Origin: Syntrophomonadaceae bacterium
GTDB lineage: Bacteria > Bacillota > Dethiobacteria > DTU022
DNA length: 64,000 nt
Reading direction: 5' to 3'
Assembly: GCA_003567725.1 (NCBI GenBank)
Contig: PWYU01000077.1
Location: 1 to 64,000, forward strand
Position numbers and translations under genes: made by a program. How positions within the stretch are numbered: position 1 is the stretch's first letter; every line of letters starts with the position of its first letter. A model generated the notes under the pieces. It did not search any database, had not been told where the DNA came from, and saw only the letters and a program-made list of their open reading frames with translations. Below are positions 48,757 through 58,549 of the stretch, piece after piece.

Positions 48757-49818
48757 ATGGCTTGGAGCTGCGGTATTGTCGGGTTACCTAATGCAGGAAA
48801 ATCTACGATGTTTAAAGCTTTGACAGCTCTTGATGTGACCATAGAGAACTATCCTTTTTCCACTATAGATCCCAACAAAGCAGTAGTAGCGCTTCCTGAT
48901 CAAAGATTGATCTCTCTTGCTGAATTAAGCAAACCCCAAAAAGTAACAGCGGCCACAATTGAAGTAATTGATGTAGCCGGTCTTGTAAAAGGGGCAAGTA
49001 GAGGAGAAGGCCTTGGTAATCAATTTCTCGGCCATTTAAGAGATGTTGATCTTTTAATACATGTTGTAGCTGGATTTGATTTAAAGGTAGGTAGCCAGGA
49101 AGTTCTTTTATCCAGAATTGAAACGGTCAATTTAGAGCTATGTTTGGCTGATCTTGACATGATTAATAGAAGAAGGCAAAAGGTGGAGCCAAAACTAAAA
49201 AGTGGGGACAAAACAGCTCATCAGGAACTGGCAATGCTTAACCGTATGGAAGAACATCTCAATCAGGGCAGGTTCCTTAAAGGATTTGAAATGTCAAAAA
49301 GCGAACAGGGCCTAGCCGAACAACTCGCATTGCTGACCTTAAAAGAAATGATATATGTCTATAATTTAAATGAAGATCAACTTTTAGATCATGATCTTAC
49401 CCTTTTCCCTTCCTCTGACCCGGTAGTGTCACTTTGCGCTAACCTTGAAGCAGAACTTGTTGAACTTTCTACTGAAGATAAATTGGCCCTTTTAGAAGCT
49501 TATGGCTTAAAGGAAAGCCAGTCTAAAGTACTGCTGAAAGAATGCTATAATCTTTTAGGTTTATCTACTTTTTATACCATTAAAGGTGATGAAGCTAAGG
49601 CCTGGGTAGTTCCTTCCGGGCTTTCTGCAGAGAAGGCTGCTGGTAAAATTCATACTGATATAGAGCGTGGTTTTATTAAAGTGGAAGTAATTGCCTGGGA
49701 CATACTGCTTAGAGAGGGCAGTTTAGGGCAGGCACGCGAGAAAGGTTTGGTCCGGGTAGAAGGTCGTGATTACCCCGTTGTAGATGGTGATGTTTTGTTC
49801 TTTAGGTTTCGCCAATAA
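48757..49818 (+). CDS. ychF: Ribosome-binding ATPase YchF (Obg-family)
   Basis: 353 aa with G1 GLPNAGKSTMF and a TGS-like C-terminus …DGDVLFFRF. Confidence 0.9.
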   Translation: MAWSCGIVGLPNAGKSTMFKALTALDVTIENYPFSTIDPNKAVVALPDQRLISLAELSKPQKVTAATIEVIDVAGLVKGASRGEGLGNQFLGHLRDVDLLIHVVAGFDLKVGSQEVLLSRIETVNLELCLADLDMINRRRQKVEPKLKSGDKTAHQELAMLNRMEEHLNQGRFLKGFEMSKSEQGLAEQLALLTLKEMIYVYNLNEDQLLDHDLTLFPSSDPVVSLCANLEAELVELSTEDKLALLEAYGLKESQSKVLLKECYNLLGLSTFYTIKGDEAKAWVVPSGLSAEKAAGKIHTDIERGFIKVEVIAWDILLREGSLGQAREKGLVRVEGRDYPVVDGDVLFFRFRQ

Positions 49819-49839
49819 ATTTGATAAGGTAAACTGAGA

Positions 49840-50880
49840 ATGAGCGCTGATGATAACCTATGGAGATATACTCTTCGGCTAATAACTTTATTATTAGTCC
49901 TTAGTGGTGCCGTTTTATTAGCCTATAGTATTACCTGGCTGATTGGTCTTCTGTTGATTAGCACCTTAATCGTTTATATTTTATATCCCCTTCTTACATA
50001 TTTAAAGACAAAATTTAAAATTAAACATGGCTTTGCAACGGTATTGGTATTTCTAACTTTCATCTTGTTTTGTGTTTTTATAGTCAGCTTATTAATTCCG
50101 GTTATTTACTTTGAAGCTACGTCGCTAATTGAGAGTTTTCCCCAGCATCTGGCTCGCTTTCAAGATTATATGTCCTGGTTGTCTCAACAAATCATTTTGT
50201 TTGAAATGGAAGATGAGCTAAGAACATATCTTATGGGTATTACTGATAATTTATATCAGGGGCTCGAGTATGTTGCAGAGGCATCATTTCAGCTTATAAT
50301 TGGCGCAGTAGACTTCTTTTTGATTCTTTTCCTGGTTTTTTATTTATTGTACGATTTTCATTTAATCAGGGAACAACTTATTGCAGTTATACCTGTAAAA
50401 AACAGGCCTCTTATTAAGGAGCTTATCGGAATAGTAGATACTAACTTAGGTATTTTTATTCGTGGTTCTTTGATTCGTTGTTTGGCAGTTGGTGTTTTAA
50501 CCAGCATTGTTCTTTTAATAATAGGTATGCCTTATGCGGTGCTGCTGGGTTTAATTGCCGCTGTTTTTAATTTTATTCTTTATATAGGCCCGTATATTGC
50601 CGCTGTTCCGGCTTTATTGCTTAGCTTTTCTCCATTGACTCCTTCGCCTTTATTAATATTACTTGTTTATGTAGGTATTCAGATTGTTGATGGGATGTTT
50701 TTGTCACCAGTCGTCCTGGGAAAAATAATCAAACTGCGCCCTATTACAATCATCGTGGCTATTCTTGCCGGTGGGAGCCTGGCGGGCATACTAGGCATGA
50801 TCTTCGCTGTTCCTGTAGCCGGCATGCTCAAAGGTGCCCTGGAAATAATAAAAAGAGGCCCTGCCTACCAGGATAATTGA
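49840..50880 (+). CDS. AI-2E family (PerM/YtvI-like) membrane transporter
   Basis: 346 aa with about 8 TM helices and the typical AI-2E layout. Confidence 0.8.
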   Translation: MSADDNLWRYTLRLITLLLVLSGAVLLAYSITWLIGLLLISTLIVYILYPLLTYLKTKFKIKHGFATVLVFLTFILFCVFIVSLLIPVIYFEATSLIESFPQHLARFQDYMSWLSQQIILFEMEDELRTYLMGITDNLYQGLEYVAEASFQLIIGAVDFFLILFLVFYLLYDFHLIREQLIAVIPVKNRPLIKELIGIVDTNLGIFIRGSLIRCLAVGVLTSIVLLIIGMPYAVLLGLIAAVFNFILYIGPYIAAVPALLLSFSPLTPSPLLILLVYVGIQIVDGMFLSPVVLGKIIKLRPITIIVAILAGGSLAGILGMIFAVPVAGMLKGALEIIKRGPAYQDN

Positions 50881-51071
50881 TGAGATATAGAGGTAATAGT
50901 TAAGTTTTAGTATAAACTCAGCCCTATTTAGTTGCGGTTGCCTGCTAAAAAAAACTGCGTTCGCTAATTTTTCAGCTGGAGTTGCACAAAGTTCATTGCG
51001 GGCAATTTAATCAACAGCCCTGTAGTAACTGTGCAGAAACGATTATTCCTTATCATTTTGCTTACGCTAGC

Positions 51072-51100
51072 TTGCCTTAGAATATTTCTTATGCTATGAT
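51072..51100 (+). promoter_or_regulatory. Putative sigma-A promoter for rpsF-ssb-rpsR
   Basis: TTGCCT (51072-51077), a 17-nt spacer, TATGAT (51095-51100). A 60-nt structured leader with a CCCT…AGGG hairpin precedes the RBS GGAGGGAGG. Confidence 0.5.
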
Positions 51101-51159
51101 GTTTCAGGTAATTCCCTGCTCCTTTAAGGGGCCGTAAGTCCAGAGGGAGGTGATAATTG

Positions 51160-51606
51160 ATGGGACTATATGAAATTATGTTCATTATCCGTCCTGAACT
51201 AGAAGCGGAAGAACATGAAGAAGTGTTAAAAGAATTAGAAAGCACCATCTCCGGTAATGGTGGGACCACTGATAAACTAGTAGACTGGCGAAAGCGTCGA
51301 CTCGCTTACGAAATAAATAAAGGTACTGAAGGTCACTATTATCTGCTTTACTTCAAAGGGCACGGCACTATTATTCCAGAAATTGAGCATTTTTTTAAAG
51401 TTAATGATGCTGTAATCAGATTTTTAATCGCCAGCGTTGAAGATGATTACTATGAATCAGCTACTGTTGAAGAGCCGGCAGCTGAAAGTGAACCTGTAGA
51501 TTCTTCAGCTGCTGAGGAGGCTGATGAACTGCCTCAGGCTAATGAAGAGGATAAGAAAGATCCGGTTTCTGAAACCTCAGAAGAAGCTTCAGCTTCTTCT
51601 GAATAA
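51160..51606 (+). CDS. rpsF: 30S ribosomal protein S6 with acidic C-terminal tail
   Basis: It starts at ATG 51160 (MGLYEIMFIIRP…); the ORF-track start is a TTG one codon upstream. The tail is Glu/Asp-rich. Confidence 0.9.
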   Translation: MGLYEIMFIIRPELEAEEHEEVLKELESTISGNGGTTDKLVDWRKRRLAYEINKGTEGHYYLLYFKGHGTIIPEIEHFFKVNDAVIRFLIASVEDDYYESATVEEPAAESEPVDSSAAEEADELPQANEEDKKDPVSETSEEASASSE

Positions 51607-51650
51607 CTGGAAACACCTGATTGGCTTCATAATGAATAAAAGGGGGAATA

Positions 51651-52067
51651 TTGTCTAAAATGTTAAACCAGGTTGTGCTGATTGGTCGTTTAACCCATGA
51701 TCCAGAATTGCGTTACACGGCCGGTAGCGGTGTGCCGGTCACTACTTTTTCGCTAGCTGTTGAGCGTCCTTTTACCAATCAACAGGGCGAAAGAGAAGCA
51801 GATTTTATAAAAATTGTGACCTGGCGCAAGCAGGCCGAAAATTGTGCCAACTACTTAAAAAAGGGCAGCCTTTGTGCCGTAAATGGTCGGCTCCAGATCC
51901 GTTCTTTTGATGATAGTCAGGGTGTAAGGCGCAAGGTTGCAGAAGTAGTTGCTAATGATGTACGGTTTCTAGAACGCCCGCGTGATTCCGGGGATTCGAA
52001 TATTGGCGAAACACCTGGTGATGCGGAAGATGACCTTGGTATCAGCGGAGATGATGTTCCCTTTTAG
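51651..52067 (+). CDS. ssb: Single-stranded DNA-binding protein
   Basis: It has an OB fold (…[16 protein letters not shown]…) and the C-terminal acidic tip DDVPF. The start is TTG 51651 or ATG 51660. Confidence 0.9.
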   Translation: MSKMLNQVVLIGRLTHDPELRYTAGSGVPVTTFSLAVERPFTNQQGEREADFIKIVTWRKQAENCANYLKKGSLCAVNGRLQIRSFDDSQGVRRKVAEVVANDVRFLERPRDSGDSNIGETPGDAEDDLGISGDDVPF

Positions 52068-52084
52068 TGGAAGGATGGTGTTGA

Positions 52085-52315
52085 ATGAGACGAGATCGGG
52101 GAAGAAAGCCCAAAAAAAAGATTTGCAGTTTTTGTGTGGATAAAGTTGAAAGCATAGATTATAAGCAATATGATAAATTAAAGCGCTTCATGACAGAGAG
52201 AGGTAAAGTGCTTCCGCGGCGTATTTCTGGCAACTGTGCAAAACATCAGCGTCAGTTAACGCGGGCAATAAAGAGGGCCAGGATCATGGCCTTGCTTCCT
52301 TACACAACAGAATAA
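52085..52315 (+). CDS. rpsR: 30S ribosomal protein S18
   Basis: 76 aa with …[45 protein letters not shown]…. Confidence 0.9.
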   Translation: MRRDRGRKPKKKICSFCVDKVESIDYKQYDKLKRFMTERGKVLPRRISGNCAKHQRQLTRAIKRARIMALLPYTTE

Positions 52316-52335
52316 TTATATTTAAAAGCATTTTG

Positions 52336-52370
52336 ACGGTGTCGGGTTTTAAACCGGGCACCGTTTTTAT
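52336..52370 (+). terminator. Imperfect hairpin + T-run after rpsR
   Basis: gacggtgtcggg-ttttaaa-ccgggcaccgt followed by TTTTTATTTTTAT. Confidence 0.5.
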
Positions 52371-52531
52371 TTTTATATAATAATGCAGGAGTAATGAAAA
52401 GAGAATAGAATTAATTAGCGAGGTTAACACAACAGTCAATGATTAAAATTTAACCATATTTCCCGATACCAAGGTATTTTTATAAAACAGAATAAAGCTA
52501 TTTGAAGATAATATGGAAGGAGTGTTTAATA

Positions 52532-52978
52532 ATGCAAATCATCTTGCAGCAAGATGTCCCTAATTTAGGCAAAAAAGGTGAACTTAAAGATGTTGCTCCA
52601 GGCTATGCCCGTAACTTGCTTTTTCCTAAAGGAATGGCGTTAGAGGCAACCCCTCAGCGGATTCGGGAATGGAAGAAGAGGCAGGAAAAAGAAGAAATGG
52701 TAAACCGTCAGAAGGAAGAAGAAGCCCGTGAAAAAGCTAACAAGCTTAAAGAAATAGAATTGCTCATTGAAATGCCAGCCGGAGATGGTGGCCGCCTGTT
52801 TGGGTCAGTTACGCCTGCTGATATTGCTGCAAAGCTCAATGAAAAAGGCTTTGCTATCGATAAAAAAGACATAGAAGCGGAAGGCCCTATAAAAAGTATT
52901 GGTAATCATACTGTATCAGTGAAGTTGTATCCAGGTATTAAAGCCGCAGTGTCTATTTCTGTCCAGCAGGAAGCATAA
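52532..52978 (+). CDS. rplI: 50S ribosomal protein L9
   Basis: It starts at MQIILQQDVPNLGKKGELKDVAPGYARNLLFPKG…; the ORF-track start is 10 codons earlier. Confidence 0.9.
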   Translation: MQIILQQDVPNLGKKGELKDVAPGYARNLLFPKGMALEATPQRIREWKKRQEKEEMVNRQKEEEAREKANKLKEIELLIEMPAGDGGRLFGSVTPADIAAKLNEKGFAIDKKDIEAEGPIKSIGNHTVSVKLYPGIKAAVSISVQQEA

Positions 52979-53002
52979 CTGCTAATAAAGGAGGCAGCCC
53001 GT

Positions 53003-54361
53003 TTGGCCGTTATCAGCGATAGAGTTCCCCCTCAAAGCAAGGAAGCTGAACAGTCAGTCCTTGGTTCTATGGTCCTCGACAAAGAGGCAATTTTTGCTGC
53101 TGCCGAAGTATTAACAGAAAATGATTTTTACAGTACTGCTCATCAAAAAATATTTTCTGCCATTATCTCTTTAAGCGAAAAAGGAGAACCTGTAGATCTG
53201 GTTACACTTTCTGAAGAATTACAGCGCAACCAGTGTCTTGAAGTAGTCGGAGGCCGTACTTACCTGGTCACAATTGCTAATGCGGTTCCTACAGCGGCCA
53301 ATGTGCAGTATCATTCTCAAATTGTTAGAGAAAAATCTATTTTAAGGTCTTTGATTCAAGCAGCAACGGGAATTGTTACCCGAAGCTTTGATTCTCCCCA
53401 TAATATTGATGAATTTTTGGATGAAGCAGAAAGATTGATCTTCGAAATAGGGAGTCGTGGTAAACACCAGGGTTTTGCGCCCCTCAAAGATGTCCTGGTT
53501 CAAACTTTTGACCGTATCGAAAAAATGTATGATGAAAAAAAAGGGGTAACTGGTTTGCCAACAGGTTTTGCTGATCTGGATCGGATGTGTTATGGTCTGC
53601 AGGGCTCCGATTTGATTATAGTTGCAGCCAGACCTAGTATGGGTAAAACGACCTTAGCTTTGAATATGGCTCAACAAATAGCTGTTAAAGAAAAAAAACC
53701 AACTGCTTTTTTTAGCATGGAAATGTCAAGAGAGCAGCTGGCTCAGCGCCTGCTATGTGCTGAATCACAGGTTGATGCCCAAAATATGCGCCGGGGGTTT
53801 TTATCTCAGGAAGAATGGCAAAAACTTACAAAAGCAGTAGGCCCGCTTAGTGAGTCTCCCCTTTATATCGATGATAGTGCTACGCTTTCTGTAATGGAAG
53901 TCAGGGCAAAAGCTCGAAGGTTAAAGGCGGAAAAAGGATTGGAAGCCATTTTTGTAGACTATTTGCAGTTAATGCGCGGCTTCAGTCGCTCAGAAAGTCG
54001 TCAGCAGGAGCTTTCTGAAATATCAAGAGCTCTTAAGGCTTTGGCTAAAGAGCTTGATGTTCCGGTTTTGGCTTTATCCCAGTTAAGCCGGGCTGTAGAA
54101 AAAAGGCCTGATCGGAGGCCGATCCTCAGTGATTTGATGGAATCTGGCGGCATTGAAGCAAACGCTGATGTGGTTATGTTTATTTATCGAGAAGCTTACT
54201 ATCATAAAGATTCTGAAAAAGGCAATATTGCCGAGATTAGTATAGCGAAGCAACGAAATGGGCCAACAGGCCTTGTGGAATTATATTTTCTCGATCGGTA
54301 CACTAAGTTTGCTAATATTGCCAGAGAACCCTCTAACCAAGAAGGATCACAAGAAGGGTGA
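53003..54361 (+). CDS. dnaB: Replicative DNA helicase DnaB (DnaC in B. subtilis nomenclature)
   Basis: It has a TTG start with AAAGGAGG 8 nt upstream. The N-terminal domain reads PPQSKEAEQSVLGSMV. Walker A is ARPSMGKTT. The RecA-like C-terminus is present. Confidence 0.9.
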   Translation: MAVISDRVPPQSKEAEQSVLGSMVLDKEAIFAAAEVLTENDFYSTAHQKIFSAIISLSEKGEPVDLVTLSEELQRNQCLEVVGGRTYLVTIANAVPTAANVQYHSQIVREKSILRSLIQAATGIVTRSFDSPHNIDEFLDEAERLIFEIGSRGKHQGFAPLKDVLVQTFDRIEKMYDEKKGVTGLPTGFADLDRMCYGLQGSDLIIVAARPSMGKTTLALNMAQQIAVKEKKPTAFFSMEMSREQLAQRLLCAESQVDAQNMRRGFLSQEEWQKLTKAVGPLSESPLYIDDSATLSVMEVRAKARRLKAEKGLEAIFVDYLQLMRGFSRSESRQQELSEISRALKALAKELDVPVLALSQLSRAVEKRPDRRPILSDLMESGGIEANADVVMFIYREAYYHKDSEKGNIAEISIAKQRNGPTGLVELYFLDRYTKFANIAREPSNQEGSQEG

Positions 54362-54365
54362 CAAG

Positions 54366-55766
54366 ATGAATGTAAATGTTAAATATGACGTTATTATTGT
54401 AGGTGCCGGCCCTGCCGGCATATTTGCTGCTATGGAGATAGTATCACGGAGCAAAGCTAATGTTTTGATGATTGATAAAGGTTCTCCTCTGGAAAAACGT
54501 AAATGTAAAACGCAAAAAGAATACGGCCGCTGTTTGCGATGTGAACCGTGCGCTGTTACTTGCGGTTGGGGCGGTGCGGGAGCGTTTAGCGATGGTAAAC
54601 TAACGTTAACATCAGCTTTTGGGGGGTTGCTGGGAGAATATGTTAGCCATGAAGTGGTGGAAGGACTAATATCTGAGGTAGATCAGAGATACTTATCATT
54701 TGGCGCGACTGATGAAATATACGGTACAGATACTGAATCTATAAAAAATATTGAACGTTTATCTGCTTCAGCCGGGTTAAGCTTAATTCCGGCAAAAATC
54801 AGGCATCTTGGAACAGAGAATTGTTATACAGTGCTTGAAAAAATGTATGACTCCCTTAAAAACAAAATTGATATTTTAATGAATTCTACAGTTGAAGAAT
54901 TAATGTGCCAGGATGGATCTGTTAATGGCGTAAGATTGGCTTCCGGAGAAGTATACCAGGCGGAGTTTGTAATTTGCGGTCCGGGCAGAGTAGGGGCCGA
55001 TTGGATCTATGAGCAGGCAAAGAAGCTCGGTTTAAAAGGAACAAATAATCCCGTTGATATCGGAGTCAGAGTAGAAGTCCCTGCTGTGATTATGGAAGAA
55101 TTAACAGCAAAAATATATGAGTCAAAACTGGTATATTTTACGAGCAAGTTTGATGACCGCATCCGGACTTTTTGCATGAATCCTTACGGAGTGGTAGTAA
55201 CAGAAAACAATGAGGGGCTTCTAACTGTTAATGGGCATAGCTATGCTTCCACTAGAACGGCTAATACCAATTTTGCTTTACTGGTCAGTAAAACTTTTAC
55301 TGAACCTTTTTCAGAACCAATCCGGTATGGTCGTTATATCGCCAGCCTGGCTAACATGCTTGGAGATGGAGTGATTATTCAGCGCCTTGGTGATCTTCTT
55401 ACAGGCAGAAGATCAACTCATGACCGTATAAAAAGAGGATTGGTTCAGCCTACCTTACAAGAAGCAACGCCCGGTGATTTAAGTTTAGTCCTGCCATACC
55501 GTTACTTGCTTGGTATAATCGAAATGCTCGAAGCTCTGGATAAATTGGCGCCCGGAGTGAATTCCAGGCATACTCTTCTTTATGGTGTTGAAGTAAAGTT
55601 TTACTCTTTTAGGCTTAACTTAAGCCCTCAGCTGGAAACAAATATAAAAAACCTCTTTGCAGTAGGCGATGGTGCCGGTGTTACCAGGGGTTTAGTCCAG
55701 GCCTCTGCAACGGGTATGCTTGCGGCGCGTGAAGTGATTGGGAGGTTTGCCTCCCGATCTTCATAA
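54366..55766 (+). CDS. FAD-dependent protein of the COG2509 family (predicted oxidoreductase with Cys cluster)
   Basis: The start is taken at MNVNVKYDVIIVGAGPAGIFAA, which has AGGGTGA upstream; the longer ORF overlaps dnaB by about 100 nt. It has a Rossmann GxGxxG and a Cys motif CLRCEPCAVTCGWGGAGAFSDGKL. Confidence 0.7.
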   Translation: MNVNVKYDVIIVGAGPAGIFAAMEIVSRSKANVLMIDKGSPLEKRKCKTQKEYGRCLRCEPCAVTCGWGGAGAFSDGKLTLTSAFGGLLGEYVSHEVVEGLISEVDQRYLSFGATDEIYGTDTESIKNIERLSASAGLSLIPAKIRHLGTENCYTVLEKMYDSLKNKIDILMNSTVEELMCQDGSVNGVRLASGEVYQAEFVICGPGRVGADWIYEQAKKLGLKGTNNPVDIGVRVEVPAVIMEELTAKIYESKLVYFTSKFDDRIRTFCMNPYGVVVTENNEGLLTVNGHSYASTRTANTNFALLVSKTFTEPFSEPIRYGRYIASLANMLGDGVIIQRLGDLLTGRRSTHDRIKRGLVQPTLQEATPGDLSLVLPYRYLLGIIEMLEALDKLAPGVNSRHTLLYGVEVKFYSFRLNLSPQLETNIKNLFAVGDGAGVTRGLVQASATGMLAAREVIGRFASRSS

Positions 55767-56055
55767 CTTCTTTAATAATATTAAGATAGCTAAAAAGCTA
55801 TAAAAGTTGAAATTATAATAACCTTAAGGCCCAAATACATGGTTGATAAAGCCTTCCTCACCCGGGTAAAGATTATGATGATAACAATAATACCGGACGA
55901 CCCCATATTTTTTAATCCTAATATATAATCATCTTTTAATTATGCCCCAGTTTAAGGTCAAATCATTATCCATAAGTAAGGTTCAGTTTCATCTTATTCC
56001 AAAAGGGTTTTTTTAAGTTATAGCGAATTTTATGTAAATAAATGAGGTGGTTGAT

Positions 56056-56751
56056 ATGGTTGGAAAAATATTAGTAGTTGATGATGAAAAGCCAATTGTA
56101 GACATTCTGCAGTATAACCTGGAAAAGGAAGGCTACACAGTGGTAACCGCTTACGATGGTGAAGAAGCGCTCAATCTGGTTACTACAGAGCGCCCCCATC
56201 TGATTATTTTGGATATTATGCTTCCGAAGAAAGATGGCTTTGCCGTTTGCCGTGAAATTCGCTCAAAGTGGGATATTCCTATACTTATGTTAACTGCAAA
56301 AGAGATGGAAATGGATAAAGTGTTAGGTCTTGAGCTTGGGGCTGATGATTATGTAACAAAACCATTTAGTGCCCGAGAAATTTCTGCCCGCGTCAAAGCT
56401 CTATTGCGCCGTAGCGGACTTGCAGGGCGGCAAGCGGTAAATGGAAAAACAAGAATTGAAGCTGGTTCTATTTCTGTAGATCAAAATGAGATGCAAGTTT
56501 ATAATTTAGGTAAACCAATAGAATTAACTTTACGCGAATATAATCTCCTATTATTCTTGATCATGAAACCTGGTTTTGTTTTTAGTAGAGAGCAGCTTTT
56601 GGATCAAGTGTGGGGTTATGATTATATTGGAGATGATCGGACAGTTGATGTGACGGTCAGGAGGCTTCGAGAAAAATTGGAGCAGGATCCTGCTCAGCCT
56701 GAATATATAAAAACAAAAAGGGGCGTCGGTTATTATTTTAAGCCGATTTAA
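56056..56751 (+). CDS. walR: OmpR-family response regulator WalR (YycF)-like
   Basis: ATG 56056 has AGGTGG 5 nt upstream. It reads MVGKILVVDDEKPIVD…. The winged helix reads …REQLLDQVWGYDYIGDDRTVDVTVRRLREKLE…. Confidence 0.85.
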   Translation: MVGKILVVDDEKPIVDILQYNLEKEGYTVVTAYDGEEALNLVTTERPHLIILDIMLPKKDGFAVCREIRSKWDIPILMLTAKEMEMDKVLGLELGADDYVTKPFSAREISARVKALLRRSGLAGRQAVNGKTRIEAGSISVDQNEMQVYNLGKPIELTLREYNLLLFLIMKPGFVFSREQLLDQVWGYDYIGDDRTVDVTVRRLREKLEQDPAQPEYIKTKRGVGYYFKPI

Positions 56752-56794
56752 TTTTTTTAATAGCCTGCAATGGAAAATTATTTTTATATATCTT

Positions 56795-58549
56795 ATGCTG
56801 ATTTTATTTTCTCTCCAGCTGATCAGTGTATATTTAGTCCAATCCCTGGAACAATATTACCTTGGAAATTACAAGGAAAACCTTGAAAATCAAGCCAGAC
56901 TACTCTCAGCTTTTATAAAGCCAGGTTTTGGAGAGCGAGAAGAATGGGCGGAAGATACTGTCACCCTGGCTAGAGAATTTAGAGACTTACAGGGTATGGA
57001 AATCATTGTCCTGGATAATTATGCCCAGGTTGTTGGCAGTTCCGGAAGCCAGGCTTATGTTGGGCGCCGCTTAATCCGGGATGAGATCACAAGGGCCCTG
57101 GCTGGAAACCTTAGTGATAATATGCGGTATGATCCTGTTAATGATGAAAGACGTTACTATATGGCTTATCCAATTGAAAATAATCAGAGGACTGTAGGGG
57201 TAATATATCTCAGCGGTTCTTTGAAAGTGGTTGATGACACTCTAAATGAAGTTAAAACGATTCTTTTAAGTGGAGTTGCCCTGGCTCTTGCTATTAGCTT
57301 TTTACTGGGTATTATTTTAACAAGAACAATAACTTTACCGATCATGGAAGTAACGGATCAGGCCCACGAAATGGCTGGTGGTGACTATTCTAGAAAAATA
57401 GCAGTGCAAACTTCAGATGAAATTGGAGAACTGGGAGAAACTTTTAATTATCTTGCAGAGCGTCTAAGTCACACTATTGATGAAATGTCCTCTGAAAAAA
57501 GCAAGGTAGAGGCTATAATCAACAATATGAGTGATGGAGTTGCTGCTCTTAACGGAAAAGGGCATTTGATTCAAATCAATCCTTCTGCTCGACGCTTAAT
57601 CAGAAATCTTAACTTAAAAGTTCCAACATTGAACTATTCAGGATTTGGTTTGCTAAGAAGCTTAATCGGTTCAGAGGCGATTCGCCGCTTTGTCCGAAAA
57701 CAAGAACCTCTAACTGCCGAAATATCAAACCATAATCCTGATTGCACCATGCAGGTAAAAATTGCCCCGTTCAAGGTTGATAAAGGAAAGCTGGATGGCA
57801 CTTTAATAGTTTTACATGATATTACGAGGGAAAGGGAGCTCACAAAACGCCAGGAAGAGTTTGTTGCTGATGTATCCCATGAATTAAGGACACCTTTATC
57901 AACGGTAAAAAGTTATGTAGAAACGCTTCTTGATGGAGCTGCAGAAGAACCGGAAGCAAGAACTCGTTTTTTGAAGGTCCTGGCTAAAGAAACTGAGAGA
58001 ATGGTAAGTATGGTCAAAGACCTTCTGGTCCTTTCCCAAATGGATTCAAATCGTATGGATTGGCAGAAAGATGAGGTGGAGTTAAAAAGCTTGGCCCTGG
58101 AAGCTATTGGCCAGGCCAGGCAAAAACTGAGCAAGCAGCTTCCGCCAATTCATGTTGATATTGATCAAAGCTGTTCAAAGGTTTTTGTAGATCGTGATAA
58201 AATAATGCGAGTATTTATCAATATTCTCAATAATGCTTTAAAATATACTCCTGCTACAGGCGAAATAAAGCTAAGTGCTTCCCGGCAGGAGCGTTATATA
58301 AAAGTTATTATTGAGGATAATGGTAGTGGAATAAATGAGGAGGAGCTTCCCAGAATTTTTGAAAGGTTCTATAGGGTTGAAAAGACTCGCAGCAGAGATT
58401 TTGGCGGTACGGGCCTGGGTTTGTCTATTGCCCGGAAAATTGTTGAAGCTCACGGAGGGATAATCTGGATAGATAGCTCTCCTGGAGTGGGAACGAAAGT
58501 TATTTTTACCCTGCCGGCTGGACCAGAAAAGGGGGATCTTGATGCTTGA
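56795..58549 (+). CDS. walK: Sensor histidine kinase WalK (YycG)-like (TM, extracellular Cache-like sensor, HAMP, PAS, HisKA, HATPase_c)
   Basis: 584 aa. The H-box is FVADVSHELRTPLSTV and the G-boxes are EDNGSGI…GGTGLGLSIA. The N-terminus aligns with B. subtilis WalK TM1 but is about 20 aa shorter, and no RBS was seen. Confidence 0.85.
   Translation: MLILFSLQLISVYLVQSLEQYYLGNYKENLENQARLLSAFIKPGFGEREEWAEDTVTLAREFRDLQGMEIIVLDNYAQVVGSSGSQAYVGRRLIRDEITRALAGNLSDNMRYDPVNDERRYYMAYPIENNQRTVGVIYLSGSLKVVDDTLNEVKTILLSGVALALAISFLLGIILTRTITLPIMEVTDQAHEMAGGDYSRKIAVQTSDEIGELGETFNYLAERLSHTIDEMSSEKSKVEAIINNMSDGVAALNGKGHLIQINPSARRLIRNLNLKVPTLNYSGFGLLRSLIGSEAIRRFVRKQEPLTAEISNHNPDCTMQVKIAPFKVDKGKLDGTLIVLHDITRERELTKRQEEFVADVSHELRTPLSTVKSYVETLLDGAAEEPEARTRFLKVLAKETERMVSMVKDLLVLSQMDSNRMDWQKDEVELKSLALEAIGQARQKLSKQLPPIHVDIDQSCSKVFVDRDKIMRVFINILNNALKYTPATGEIKLSASRQERYIKVIIEDNGSGINEEELPRIFERFYRVEKTRSRDFGGTGLGLSIARKIVEAHGGIIWIDSSPGVGTKVIFTLPAGPEKGDLDA

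Noticed and set aside
50964-51269. 101-aa minus-strand ORF
   Set aside because: It overlaps the rpsF promoter, leader and 5' coding region. The strong S6 homology on the plus strand makes it spurious.
54258-54365. N-terminal extension of the COG2509 ORF overlapping dnaB by about 100 nt
   Set aside because: An internal ATG with a proper RBS 5 nt after the dnaB stop gives the expected Rossmann N-terminus.
56770-56895. 41-aa ORF (MENYFYISYADF…) overlapping the walK start in another frame
   Set aside because: It has no RBS, is not hydrophobic, and lies out of frame with the well-aligned WalK N-terminus.
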